A DNA stretch of 64,000 nucleotides from the human T2T-CHM13v2.0 reference genome, Homo sapiens. A program made the position numbers and the translations under genes. Below the pieces are notes generated by a model. It was given only the letters and a program-made list of their open reading frames with translations, searched no databases and had not been told where the DNA came from. Shown here in pieces: positions 30,501-45,169 of the stretch. How positions within the stretch are numbered: the stretch's first letter is position 1; every line of letters begins with the position of its first letter. The stretch is from NCBI RefSeq assembly GCF_009914755.1, contig NC_060937.1, one strand, 5' to 3'.

Positions 30501-31091
30501 AAAATATGACTGTCTTATTTCTATAAAAACTTCCTGGTTCTCACTAACTTGTTTTATGTAATAATTTGTAATCTGTGAATTCTTCCCTTTTATCTCAAAT
30601 CCAACATACTTTCCTAAGTGCAGTTTAAACTCATCTATTCTTGGTCTTCATTGTTTACTATATCTTTGCTATTCATGCTTTGGGCTTACGTGGATAATAT
30701 TTAAATTTAGGCAGTGTTCCATGAGATCCAAATATAATTGGATCAATTATATTTAATTCAATTTAAATAGTCCTTTCATATAACTGTATTTTTTTACTTT
30801 GACAGAGCAGAAACTTGCATTTTGATTGTGAGAAACCATATATTAGGTAAATAATGGTGCCAATTGCAATTTAATTTTTAAATCAAGTATAAACCTTTGG
30901 TAAGACATTTGATAAACTCTCCTTTGGTAGTCTGTGGATCTGTATCAATTGTAAACAATTCAAACTAACATAATTATATCTATTATACATCAAAATAACT
31001 GTCATCATTTTTTTTCCATCTTTAATTCTTTAATGCAGAAAGGATCATTATATTGTTTCAGGATAGCTAACTCAGAAATAACCAAAGTTTC

Positions 31092-31400
31092 GGCTGGGTG
31101 AGGTGGCTCACGCCTGTAATCCCAGCACTTTGGGAGGTCAAGGTGGGCAGATCACCTGAGCTCAGGAGTTTGAGACCAGCCTGGCCAACATGGCGAAACC
31201 CTGTCTCCACTAAAAACACAAAAATTAGCTGGGCATGTTGGCACACGCCTGTAATCCCAGCTACTCAGGAAGCTGAGGCAGGAGAATTGCTTGAACCTGG
31301 GAGGGAAAGGTTGCAGTGAGCTGAGATTGCACCACTATACTCCAGCCTGGGTGACAGAGCCAGACTCCGTCTCAAAACAAACAAACAAACAAACAAAAAA
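31092..31400 (+). repeat. AluS
   Basis: Alu consensus; (CAAA)n tail; CCAAAGTTT flanking repeat. Confidence 0.93.
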
Positions 31401-32325
31401 ACCCAAAGTTTTAAAAGAATACTCAAAGTATTGTGAACTGAGAATAAAGGAGAATGGTACTTTTAAGTCATAAAGTCATTTTGGTTATAATTTAAAGATA
31501 GCACTTTATGCTATGATTCAGATAACTGTTCTGGTTTTTATTGGTTCAGATTTAATACTGGATCACATACTGTAATTCACCAACTGTAAGGAGCTATCAA
31601 TTATAAGACAAATTATTTTATGTACTACTAGAAGAATAAATGCTGCCAATTAAAGCCATCTTATAACAATATTTTTAATTTATGCTTATGGAAAGAACTG
31701 TTTGAGACTTAGATATGCATTTTTGTTATATCATACTGCTGTATTCATTGCCTTCCTGCATACATTAATTTCTTGAAGATTTTAAGTGGAATTTAAACTC
31801 AGCATGTGTAGTAAGTACCAAAAATGCCCATAACACAAATGAAGTGTGCTAGACCATTCTTGTGTATGTATGATCATGCTGACTGGCTGATGGTAAGACT
31901 CCATCAATTTTTAGATTCATCCCTCTTTGAGAGAGATTCAAATGTGTTTTCTTATCAGCTTGCTGAGATATGGGCCAAAGGGAAAGAGGAAGGGGTGAGC
32001 CTAAAAGATGCCAGCAGTAAAATGGAGTAAGACTCTATTACATCAGGAAAAGAGGGAACTACTGACTTTTAGGATTCATGGCTTAAATGATAAAGTAGAG
32101 CCATTGATTGAAGAGATTGATGGGGAGGGATAGCAATGGGTTGAAGATGGGAAACAGAATTCCACTTTGTCCCTGTTACTGAGATGCCATTTAGGTGATG
32201 GATTGGAGACATCTAAATGTGAAGTAGGTAGCTGCCTGCCTGATATTGGATGTGTACATAAGAGGGTTCTGGAAACAGCTATCTGAGTCACAGCATAAAG
32301 TGCTATCTTTAAAACCCACAGTTTC

Positions 32326-32852
32326 AGCCAGGTGCAGTGGCTCACACCTGTAATCCCAGCACTTTGTGAGGCCGAGGCAGGCGGATCATCAGGTCAGGAG
32401 ATTGACACCATCCTGGCCAACAAGATGAAACTCTGTCTGTACTAAAAATACAAAAAAATTAGCTGGGCGTGGTGGCCCATGCCTGTAGTCCCAGCTACTC
32501 GGGAGGCTGAGGCAGGAGAATTGCTTGAACCTGGGAGGTGGAGGTTGTAGTGAGCCTCTAATTAGTGTTTTAAAGATAGCACTTTATGCTGTGACTCAGA
32601 TAGCTGTTTCCAGAGTCCTCTTATGTACACATCCAATATCAGGCAGGCAGCTGCCTACTTGACATTTAGATGTCTCCAATCGAACGCCTAAATGGCATCT
32701 CAGTAACAGGGACAATGTGGAATTCCGTTTCCCGTCTTCGACCCATTGCTACCCCTCTCCCATCAATCTCTTCAATAAATGGCTGCACTCCAGCCTGGTG
32801 ACAGTGCAAGACCCTGTCTCAAAAAAAAAAAAAAAAAAAAAACCCAGAAAAC
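32326..32852 (+). repeat. AluS carrying a 228-bp non-Alu insertion in the right arm
   Basis: Alu to GTGAGCC (32556), resumes CTGCACTCCAGCCTGG (32783); TSD AAA(A/C)CCCACAGTTT at 32311-32324 and 32853-32866. Confidence 0.93.
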
Positions 32853-32977
32853 AAACCCCACAGTTTACTCCTGTATAGAAGGGAGATAATCTGATCTGCC
32901 CTTTAAGGTTTTAGGTTTAGCTTAGAGTAGTGCCTGGAGCACAGAAAGCTCTCAATAAGTGTTTTCTGCTGTCATGA

Positions 32978-33368
<391 letters not shown>

Positions 33369-33521
33369 CAATTATTCAATTTGTCTGTAAACTGGAAATA
33401 GTAAAACCAAGCTCATGGGTAGTATTCTTAGTACTAGATGAAAAAGAAAAGCAAGGAAGCATCTCTAGTGGGAAGTTATCTGTAGTAAGTATACAAAATA
33501 GACTTAAGACATATATTCTAG

Positions 33522-33806
33522 GGCCAGTTGAGGAGGCTCACACCTGTAATCCCAGCACTTTGGAAGGCCAAGGTGGGAGGATTGCAGCTTGAGACCAACC
33601 TAGGCAACATAGTGAGGCCATGTCTCTACAGAAAATAAAATAATTAACTGGGTATGGTGACACATACCTGTAGTCCTAGCTACTTGGGAGGTGGAGGCAG
33701 GAGGATCACTTGAACCCAGGGCTCTGAGGTTTACAGTGAGCTCTGATCATGCTCCTGCACTCCAGCCAGAGTGACAGAGGGAGACCCTGTCTAATTTAAC
33801 AAAAAA
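33522..33806 (+). repeat. AluJ
   Basis: Alu consensus; AAGACATATATTCT TSD. Confidence 0.9.
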
Positions 33807-34267
33807 GACATATATTCTGCTCTTTAGCAATTTACACTTTAGTTGCAGGAAATAAGTCCTAAACATGTATGTGCAAGATGAACAATACAGAGAAACTTGT
33901 GAGAAGTTGACATATGAGCTGTCTAGGTAACAAGATAAGATTGAGAACTACATAGGAGACCCACTTCAGTTTTTCTCTTGATTAACTGTGTGATGTTGGG
34001 CCAGTTGTTTACTGTCTGTGAGACTCAGGATTTTCACTTATAATGTGAGAGTTAATTGGACAAGATGATTTCTTAGGATACCTCCATTTTGAAGGGTTTC
34101 TTAAAGTGATATAAATATTTAGAGGAAAGGCGATTACTCCAGAAAGCTTGGAGGAGGTGGGACTTGAGAAAACAGAGTGGTTTGATTAAAAACTACAAGA
34201 TGGCACAAGAGTCTTTTGGAATTTTTGAAGGTATCTGTTTTATGTGTTACAATTAGGAGACATTAGC

Positions 34268-34629
34268 TGTATTAGTCTGTTCTCATGCTGCTAATAAAGA
34301 CATACCCGACACTGGGTAATTTATAAAGGAAAGAGGTTTAATAGACTCACAGTTTCACATGGCTGGGGAGGCCTCACAATCATGGTGGAAGGTGAAGGAG
34401 GAGCAAAGGGACTTCTTAAATGGCAGCAGTCAAGAGAGCATGTGCAGGTGAACTGCCCTTTATAAAACCATCAGATCATGAAACTTATTTACTATCATGA
34501 GAACAGCATGGGAGGGACCCACTCCCGTGATACAATTACCTCCCACCAGGTCCCTCCCATGACACATGAGAATTATGGGAGCTACAATTCAAGATGAGAT
34601 TTGGGTGGGGACACAGCCAAACCACATCA
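34268..34629 (-). mobile_element. THE1 (C/D-like) solo LTR
   Basis: TGTATTAGTC...GGGGACACAGCCAAACCACATCA; flanked by ATTAGC on both sides. Confidence 0.92.
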
Positions 34630-34732
34630 ATTAGCTATATCCTTACATTTTCCTGCTTCATTAGTTATGAATTAATCAACTATTTGAGCTCATCCTCTGT
34701 GTCCGTTTTCCTTGTGCAGGGTGTGTCTAGGA

Positions 34733-35360
34733 CAGTGGTTCTTGGGATTGGCCTCAGGATCTCATTATAGTGTTAATTACTGAGGTCACCAAAGAGCTTT
34801 GTTTATCGGTATTTACTATATTAGAAATAAATTTGAGAAATTAAAATAACTTAATGAAAAGTTACTACATGTTAATGTATTTTTTGTGTAAAAATAACTT
34901 TTCAAAAACCAAATTTTATTATTAAGAGTAGTATTTGTTTCACATATTTGCAAATTTTGTTAATATCTGTCTTAATTGAAGATAACAATTCTCATATCTG
35001 CTTCTATATTCAATCTGTTGTGATTTGTGCTTTGGTTGAAGTATATTGAAGATACTATGGCCTCACAGATATGCAGGTAGAAAAGGAAGAATGTTTTTGT
35101 ATTCTTTTTAGATAATTACGAGTATTCTTCTTTGATGTTCCACAAAACTCCACTCGCGATTATATAGGTTAGTTACATATGGACTCTGAATCCTTATTAA
35201 TTAACTTACAGCACTCTCTGTTATAATAAAATGCATTGGTTTATCTTGCCCTTTGAATGGGTTCTTTATCTTTTATCCATACATGCTTTTGTACTCACAG
35301 ACCCCTGAAAGGGCACTAAGGAATCCCAGGGGTTCCTAGGTCACACTTTGAGAATCACTG
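34733..35360. mobile_element. Charlie1-derived hAT element
   Basis: TIRs CAGTGGTTCT / AGAATCACTG; internal ccaaagagcttttgtttat motif. Confidence 0.65.
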
Positions 35361-36567
35361 CTACAGTGTTATCTGCCTCAGAGAGTGGTTACTACTTTAA
35401 GGTTATGGGTATTTTTAGCGTGGCAGAGAAATTTGGCCTGTCCTGTTAAGTGGTTATGTGAATTTATATTCCCACCAGCAGCATAGGGGAGTTCTAGGTA
35501 TGCCACTTCTTCAACACTTCATGTGAACAGATAGTGTGAATTTTGCTAACCTGTTAATGTGAGAAAGGCCCTTTGAGGTCTCTTGTGTATATTTCTGTTG
35601 GGTTCTAGTTATCCAACTATTTCTTTTCCATTCGTCCATCCTCCTTCTTCTTCCCTCCTGCTCTCTCCCCACCCCTAATGGATTTAGCTGCTTCTTCCTT
35701 AGTCTGTTCTTTCCGTATGGTTGTACATGCTGTGTGTTTTTCTCATACTCGTTACCTCAGGAATTTTAATATGCATGTTTAACAAGGTAATCAAAACACA
35801 AGGATTTTAGAATGCTTTAATTCAGTCGCTCACCCCCTGACTTGTATACTATTGTTTCCAAAAACAGTTCTTTATGTTTTTTTCTTTTTCTTTTTTTTGG
35901 ACATTCAAATTAGTGTTATTTTTATATAGTTCTTTTAACAAAGACTGCAGAAAGAATATGTGAAGGCAAATTCTAGAAGTCACTGCAGAATGTAATGTTG
36001 CATATACCTCAAGTGTTACATATTTTTCTATGTTATCAAATAATATCAAATGAAAATTTAAATTTTTGCTACTTATCCCAAAACATTAATTAAATAGAAT
36101 TAGAAATATTAATTTCTTGAGGAATTAGCAATTCATTGAATATATTTTATGCCAAAGTCTAATTTTATTTTGAATTCAGAGAAGTCAAAGAAAGGTTCTA
36201 TTATTCTAGGACCTTAATCACTGTAACTTTAATACAAGGGACCCAGTTTAAGTGGGCTAATATCTAATGCAATGGAAAATAAATTGAGCATCTTTTTAAA
36301 GTGTGTATTAGCACTTTTTGGAGTACTTGCTATGTGTTACATAGAGTATCTTCTTAATCTCTCAGTGACTGCCCTACAGGATATTGGTATTATTATCCCT
36401 CTTTTATTGGTAAAGAAAATGCAGAAAACACATAGGTAATTACTGATTGCCAGGAATGGGGTTTAATTAATTCATTCATCTAGACTTTATTTAAAAGCAA
36501 TATCTGTTTGGAAATATTCACAGCCCGGTCACTGAGAAATGGTAAAACTTCCACACTGTGTTACTCC

Positions 36568-37359
36568 TGTGTTGGCTATCTGCTGCTAGATAACACATTA
36601 TCCAACGTTAGCAGCTTAAGTAACACACATTTATATGATTTCACAGTTTATGGGGTTAGGAATCTGGCCATGGTGTAGCAGGGTCTGCTGCTTACTGCAG
36701 GGTCATGGCCTACAGTCAAGATGTGAGATGGGCTGCAATAGTAGCTGAGGGCTTGGCCAGTAAACGATCCGCCCCTAAACTTACTCAGCTGGCAGGGTTT
36801 AGTTCCTCTTGAGGTGTTTGACTGTTGGCCAAAGTCTTCCCTTGGTTGCTTCTCACACGGGCCTCTCACATGTCACAACATGGCAGCTTGCTTTATCAGA
36901 GCCAGCAAGTGAGAAGGTGAGAGGGAGTGCTAGCACCATGGAAGTCAGTTTTTTGTGACCTAATCAAGGACGTGACAGCTTATCACTTTGGTCATACTCT
37001 GTTTTTTAACAAACTTTTATACTGCAAAACAATAGGCCTAGGTTCATACCTCTCTTACCTTATAGTAGGATAAATTCAAAATGCATCAAAGATTTAAATG
37101 TAAAAAAAAAAGGCCAGGCATGGGCTGGGTGCAGTGGCTCACGCCTGTAATCCCAGCACATTGGGAGGCCAAGGTGGGAGGATCACATGAGTCCAGGAGG
37201 ACAACATAGTGAGAACCTGTCTCTACTGAAAACAGAAAAAATTAGCCGGGTTATTCTGTTTGTTAAAAGGAGTTACCAGGTCCACCTCATGCTCCAGAAA
37301 GGCATGAATACCATGAGGCGAGGATCACTGGGGGCCATCTTAGAAGGCTGCTTACCACA
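36568..37359 (-). mobile_element. MLT1 (MaLR) LTR interrupted by a ~240-bp insert
   Basis: MLT1 motifs (cacaacatggcagcttgcttt; ggatcactgggggccatcttagaaggctgcttaccaca). Confidence 0.75.
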
Positions 37360-37721
37360 ACTGCCAACCTGGTGTTTTTATTTGAGGCGCCAGAAGTAGA
37401 GGTGCAGTCATACAGAAGGCAGATCATCTCTTTGAACAAGCCCCCATCCCGTAGCTATTACGGGTTATTTTTCCAGAAGCTCAGTGACCAGGATACATAG
37501 TGAGAAGTAAAAAATATAAAATATTGTTACAGGAAGGGATTTGGCAGAAAGAGTCAGAAATGTGAAAGCCCTAAGGAAGAGAAAGGATGTCAAGAAACAT
37601 GAAAAAGGGAAGAATGAGGGAATTGTCAGCAAGGGCCATTCTCTACATGCAGGTGTAGAGAAAACAAGGGGGTGATTGAGAGGAGTCAACAGCCTCATGG
37701 TAATAATAAAAATCTTCATCT

Positions 37722-38358
<637 letters not shown>

Positions 38359-40203
38359 TCCCCCAAAACCCTAATTTCATCTGGCTTGACTCTCTTTGAA
38401 ACTCTCAGGCTTCTAAGGAAGCCCCTCGTTTCTCCAACTCCTTTCTTACTTCCTTGGAAGAATCCTCTCTCCCTCTTCCCCACCTCTCTTCTGGCCTCAC
38501 AGAGGCCTAGATGACCTGAGCTCACTCCCTCTTTCCTGTTTCCATTACCTGAGCCCTCCAGCCTCTGTCCCGAGATTTAGGGCTTCTCCTCTCACCTTCC
38601 AACAAGAAAAATTGTGTGGAAGAAATTAGACTCCAATGTTTGAGAGGAAAAAAAGGTGCAAATACGATCCTGAAGAGGCAGTCAGTCTTTGATACATTCT
38701 ATCTAAGAGGGTCAGTAGTGTACTCATAGGAAACACGTTATCAATAAACTTTTACCCAGAGCAAAGTGACAGTGCACACACATTCATACTCTCTCCGATG
38801 GGGTTTATCCGAAGTATTCAAGACCACCCTAAGGATGATAAAACAGACAGAGACAAGCATGTCTGACTCCAAACAACACCCTTAAACTGGATGATGCAAT
38901 CATTCCGGGAAACCCTCCCCCAGAGTGAGTGGAGGTTACCAATTCCTAGTTACCAATGAGTACTTCAAGTCCTGTTCTTCACAAGTCAAGGGTTAAAACA
39001 GACAAAATAGAATAGCTAAAATAGAATAGCTAAAATATCCTAAAACACAAAATGGACAAGTATAAAACCCTTACCAAGAAATAATATTGATAAAGTTTCT
39101 CATTTGGAGTGTTCTGTCCCACCAGGTTGGTAGTGGGAGTATATTTTAAAAATTAATCCACTGAAAGGAGGAATATGATTGACTCATTGAGGAGGGAGAT
39201 TTCTAGAATTAACTTTCCCTTGTCTGTACCTAACCCAAAATTGGAACCCTTTAGTTATAGTTTGCATCTTAGTAAGAATATTAAGATTTCAAAAATTATT
39301 AAATATAAACTACAATCTTAACCTCCCCTCCCTCAGGCTTAAAAAAATGTAGCTACCTGGTTTTCTGAGATAATTATTTTTTGTCTGGAGGAAGAAATTG
39401 TTAAGAGTCCCTGTGCACAGGGCTGGGGTTGGGAGTGGGGATGAACTGTAAGTAAAAACAAGGGATCTTACTGGGGTGATGGAAATGGTCTAAAACTGTG
39501 GTGATGGCTGCACAACTTGGTAAATTTATTTTTTAAAAAATCATAGAATTGTACATTTGAAATGAGCAATTTTATGCTATATAAATTATGTCTTTATAAA
39601 GTTATTTTAAAAAGAGGCAGTGTGCAGATCTCTTAAAGCCACATCATGCACCTTTTAGTAAGGTATTACTCTTATTTCCTTCTAAATTCTTTCTTGTACT
39701 TTAACCCTTTTGGTATCAGATCTTTTTTTAAATCTTACAACCTCTAAAAAAGCTGGCCCCTTCTTTCAGTTTCCCTATGTGTTTCATTATTTTGGTTATT
39801 TTATACTTAAAAAAATACTTAGGAACTATAAGTAGAAGGCAAAATAAATAAAACTCAAGTTAATTTATTCTGCAGAGCTATATGTAAGAAAGTGAAAAAC
39901 GTGCTTTCCTTCCTCCGTTCTTCTCTGTCCTTTCACGTGCCTACATGTATTTGCTTCCCGGTAAGTTTTTGGGACCCAGGTCTTCTGAGTCTAGATCTGT
40001 TGTTCATGCTCATGGACCATATCGGTAGAAATCAAGGGCCTTCCCTGCTGCATCCAGTCATCAGACAAGCCAGTTTTTCCAGTATCTCTTTACCCTTTTT
40101 ACCCAATGAACTTAAGTATTTGGAATGGTTTACCCTTGTGTATATTACAGGTATCAGATTTAAGAGATTAAAAACTCTGCTTAGTTTTTTATTTTCCTTA
40201 TAG

Positions 40204-40356
40204 CTCAAATCTAATCCAAGTGAAAATGAAGAAAAGGAAGCACAGTCTCAACTTATAAAATCTGATGAAATGCAGCGTTTGCGTTCACAAGCACTTAACG
40301 CTTTTGGAAGTGGAGATTATACTGCTGCTATAGCCTTCCTTGATAAGATTTTAGAG
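40204..40356 (+). CDS. DNAJC3: DNAJC3 coding exon 5, 153 nt
   Basis: ccttatag|CTC...GAG|gtaagt; LKSNPSENEEKEAQSQLIKSDEMQRLRSQALNAFGSGDYTAAIAFLDKILE; overlaps ORF 40270..40566. Confidence 0.97.
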
Positions 40357-40767
40357 GTAAGTTTCTTAGATACTGCAGTTGACCAGCCTGACACTTATTG
40401 TAAGGCACATTTATATACTTCGACATGTCACATACCACAAAGACCTAGACAGGAGAAAATCAGGTTGGTCCTTGGGCTTTTGCCTCTTAAGTATAAAATA
40501 GTGTTCCTAGACAACAAAATTTGGACTGAAGTTTTCAGTAAATGTACTGAATGTGCTGTGGCATGAGAGTTAAATATGTTTATAAATTGCTTGCTTTGCT
40601 ATTTTAGTTGATTTTGTATTTTTTTGGGAAGAAAACTCTAGCGGTTAGATAATGGGATAAAAGATGAAAAAGATGGTTGGAGTAAAAGGAAAAATGATGT
40701 TCGGGAGGAAAGAGGAATGTTTAGAGAAAAATTTCTAGAGAATAAGGCAGATAAAGAGTTGATAGTA

Positions 40768-41192
40768 TGTGCCTGTAGTCCTAGTTACTTGGGAGCTGAG
40801 GCTGGAGGATCACTTGAGCCCAAGAATTTGTCGCTGCAGTGAGCTGTGATTGCTCCACTGTACCCCAGCCTGGGCGACAGAATGGGACCCTGCCTCTAAA
40901 AATATTAATAATTGGCTGGGTGTGGTGGCTCATGCCTGTAATCCCAGCACTTTGGGAGGTCGAGGTGGGTGGATCACTTGAGGCCAGGAGTTTGAGACTA
41001 GCCTGGCCAACATGGCAAAATCCTGTGTCTAAAAAAAAAAAAAAGAAAATTAGCTGGGTGTGGTGTGCATGCTTGTGATCCCAGCTACTCGGGAGGCTGA
41101 GGCGCTCGAACCTGAGAAGCAGAGGTTGCAGTGAGCCACTACACTGTAGCCTGGGCCACAGAGTGAGACTCCGTCTCAAAAAAAAAAAAAAA
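40768..41192 (+). repeat. Alu right-arm fragment (40768-40900) plus full Alu (40914-41192)
   Basis: Alu consensus matches. Confidence 0.9.
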
Positions 41193-41878
41193 AGTTAATA
41201 ATAATAATGGTTGATAGGATCCAGAGAGTTCTAGCTAGGGAAACCTGAGTCTAGGTTTCCTTGCCTCTGAAGGATTTAATGACAACTGATTTCCGAAGGA
41301 AGTCTACTGAAATATTCAAATGGAAGCAGTCGTAATTCACATTTATTTGTGATTTTCACAGTATTTTGATATACAGTTTCATTTAATTTTGGCTCTAAAC
41401 TTATGATGTATGTAGAATGGGCAATTTGTTGATAATTTTACAGAAGATATTGTGATATGGTCCAGTAGAATTCATGTTTTACTGGGTTATTTTGTTTATG
41501 CTTTTTTAAGGAAATATAGTTTACATTTTTACATTCCCATAGACTATCCATTTTGAACTTAGTTCATTGTCCATGATATTTATGTATAATGTTGGTTTTG
41601 ATATTTTTGTATATGTGAAAAGTCGATACGACTTTAGAGCAGCTCTAAGAAATATGCAAAGATACTTCCACCAGCCTTATTGATGAGCTCTTGGGTTTAT
41701 GATTTGAAGAATACTATTGTGTTTCCTAAACCCTTATGGACTTTTTGATAAAATAGGAATGGTGAAGCCTCAACCTCCTGCCCTCTCACGGTATTTTTTC
41801 TTTCTTTCTTTCTTTTTCTTGATATGAGGATTTACTTTTAAGGCGGTGACATTTACAGAAGATAATTTCTTAAAAAAG

Positions 41879-42125
41879 GTTTTTGTTTAGAGACTGGGTC
41901 TCTCTCTGTTACCTAGACTGGAGTGCAGTGGTGCGATTGTAGCTCACTGTAACCTTGAACTCCTGGACTCAAGTGATCCTCCCATCTCAGCCTCCTGAGT
42001 AGCTGGGACCACTGGTGTGTTCCACCACACCCAGTTAATAATTTTAAACTTTTTATAGAGATGAGATCTTGCTTTGCTGCCTAAGCTGGTCTGGAATTAC
42101 AGGCATGAGTCAATGTGCCCAGCTA
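41879..42125 (-). repeat. AluJ with internal deletion
   Basis: Alu consensus; part of left arm missing. Confidence 0.88.
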
Positions 42126-42599
42126 AGAACATAATGTGGTTATTAGCAGAAAAAAGTATTTTGCCAATGTAGAACCTAGGTTTTATTTTTTTGACTACAA
42201 ATTAGAATTGTTGATTAAGTATAAAAATCTGATAACAGAATATTCTCTTCAAATATGCTTCACTAGGAACAACCCTCCAATAGTAAATGCTATGTTTTCT
42301 TATTTTCAGTGTCTTAGAATTATATAATCGAAGGAGGTAAGAAAAGGGCCTTGTTATTATATATATCTCTTCCCCCATTAGAATTCATTTACAACATTTT
42401 TGGAGAAACTATTTTGTCACATCAGTTTTGTCACATTTAAATTGTATCAGATTTTAAAATAATATTTGCACTATATAAGTCATCACATCAATTGAGAATG
42501 TTTTATGTTGATAAATACGTAGATAAAAAATACGTGGAATGCAACAATGAATGTGCATAATTTATTCTTTCTTAAAGTCTAGTTCTTTTGTTCCTCAAG

Positions 42600-42781
42600 G
42601 TTTGTGTTTGGGATGCAGAACTACGGGAACTTCGAGCTGAATGTTTTATAAAAGAAGGAGAACCTAGGAAAGCTATAAGTGACTTAAAAGCTGCGTCAAA
42701 GTTGAAGAATGATAATACTGAAGCGTTTTATAAAATAAGCACACTGTACTACCAACTAGGAGACCACGAACTGTCCCTCAG
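42600..42781 (+). CDS. DNAJC3: DNAJC3 coding exon 6, 182 nt
   Basis: ttcctcaag|GTT...CAG|gtcagt; VCVWDAELRELRAECFIKEGEPRKAISDLKAASKLKNDNTEAFYKISTLYYQLGDHELSL(S). Confidence 0.97.
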
Positions 42782-43238
42782 GTCAGTTCTAGTGACACAC
42801 ATGTCTGATCTTTTTTAATTGTTGGCAGTAAGATTACCTCATCTTGTTTTAACATTTTAATATTAAATTAATAAGATGATGGTAGTTAAGGCTGTTTTTA
42901 TATTGTATATCCATTTATATATTTTGTGTTATTCCCAAGTTACTTTAATTCCACATAGTTTGTTTTCATGAAGCTGCTTATTAAACAGGAAGGCTCTTAT
43001 ATTTATAGAAACAAAATGGAATGTTTACTATATAATGCTAGTAAGTCATTTTAATTTGAATTAACAAATGTATGCATGGTACAATGCCACGTATAAATGT
43101 ATATAGTAAATTATAAGTCTCAGTATGGTTTTTGTTTAATCGTTGCAAACAAAAAATACTTTTATTGTGATTTCTGTGGAAAACTACTCATTGATTGTTT
43201 TGACATGGAGTATTTTCCTTTTTTAAATACATGAACAG

Positions 43239-43358
43239 TGAAGTTCGGGAATGTCTTAAACTTGACCAGGATCATAAAAGGTGTTTTGCACACTATAAAC
43301 AAGTAAAGAAACTTAATAAGCTGATTGAGTCAGCTGAAGAGCTCATCAGAGATGGCAG
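43239..43358 (+). CDS. DNAJC3: DNAJC3 coding exon 7, 120 nt
   Basis: gaacag|TGAA...GCAG|gtgaga; EVRECLKLDQDHKRCFAHYKQVKKLNKLIESAEELIRDG(R); phase 2/2. Confidence 0.97.
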
Positions 43359-44029
43359 GTGAGAATATGGTTGTTCCAACTGTCCAGCCATTCCTTATGT
43401 GCGGGGCTGTGGGCACAAGTGAACTACAGAACTGCTCTTTTACTTCTCAGCCATTGAGGGTGGGGTATTCTAGATAGCCCTGGGCCTTAGCAAAACTACC
43501 AGAATTGGACATTTTTGGAATAGGGAAGAATATAAATAATAGTAACTGTGTAGTATCCTTACCAGCAGAATTACTTGTACTATACCAAATATTTATTATC
43601 TCCTATATCAGGCTGAGCTATGTACTGAGGGTGCAGACTTAAACTTGACAATAGTTTTTGTTCTTAAGAAGTTTATAGCATTGCGTGGGAGACAAATATA
43701 TGAATTGATTATTAAAAGACAATATGATACCAAAGTGATAGAATGTACATAGGATAATTGGAGTACCAAAGAGGAGTATTTACTCCAAACCAGGATGGTA
43801 AAGGCAAGGAGTAAAAGAGGAGCTTTTTTTTTTAGAGAAGGTGATAGATATTTAAATCCTAATCCTAAAGAATAAGTAAAAGTGGACAGAAGTAAGAGGC
43901 TGTGTCTGTGTGAGTGTTGTTTGTAGGGGGTTTATAGGCTGGGCAGGAGGACTGAAAAGAGTAGAGGGCACTGCAGACAAAACTGCCTAATAGAAAATAG
44001 GCTCCAATTCCTCTACTTTTAGTAGCTTT

Positions 44030-45160
<1,131 letters not shown>

Positions 45161-45169
45161 GCTGGCTTT

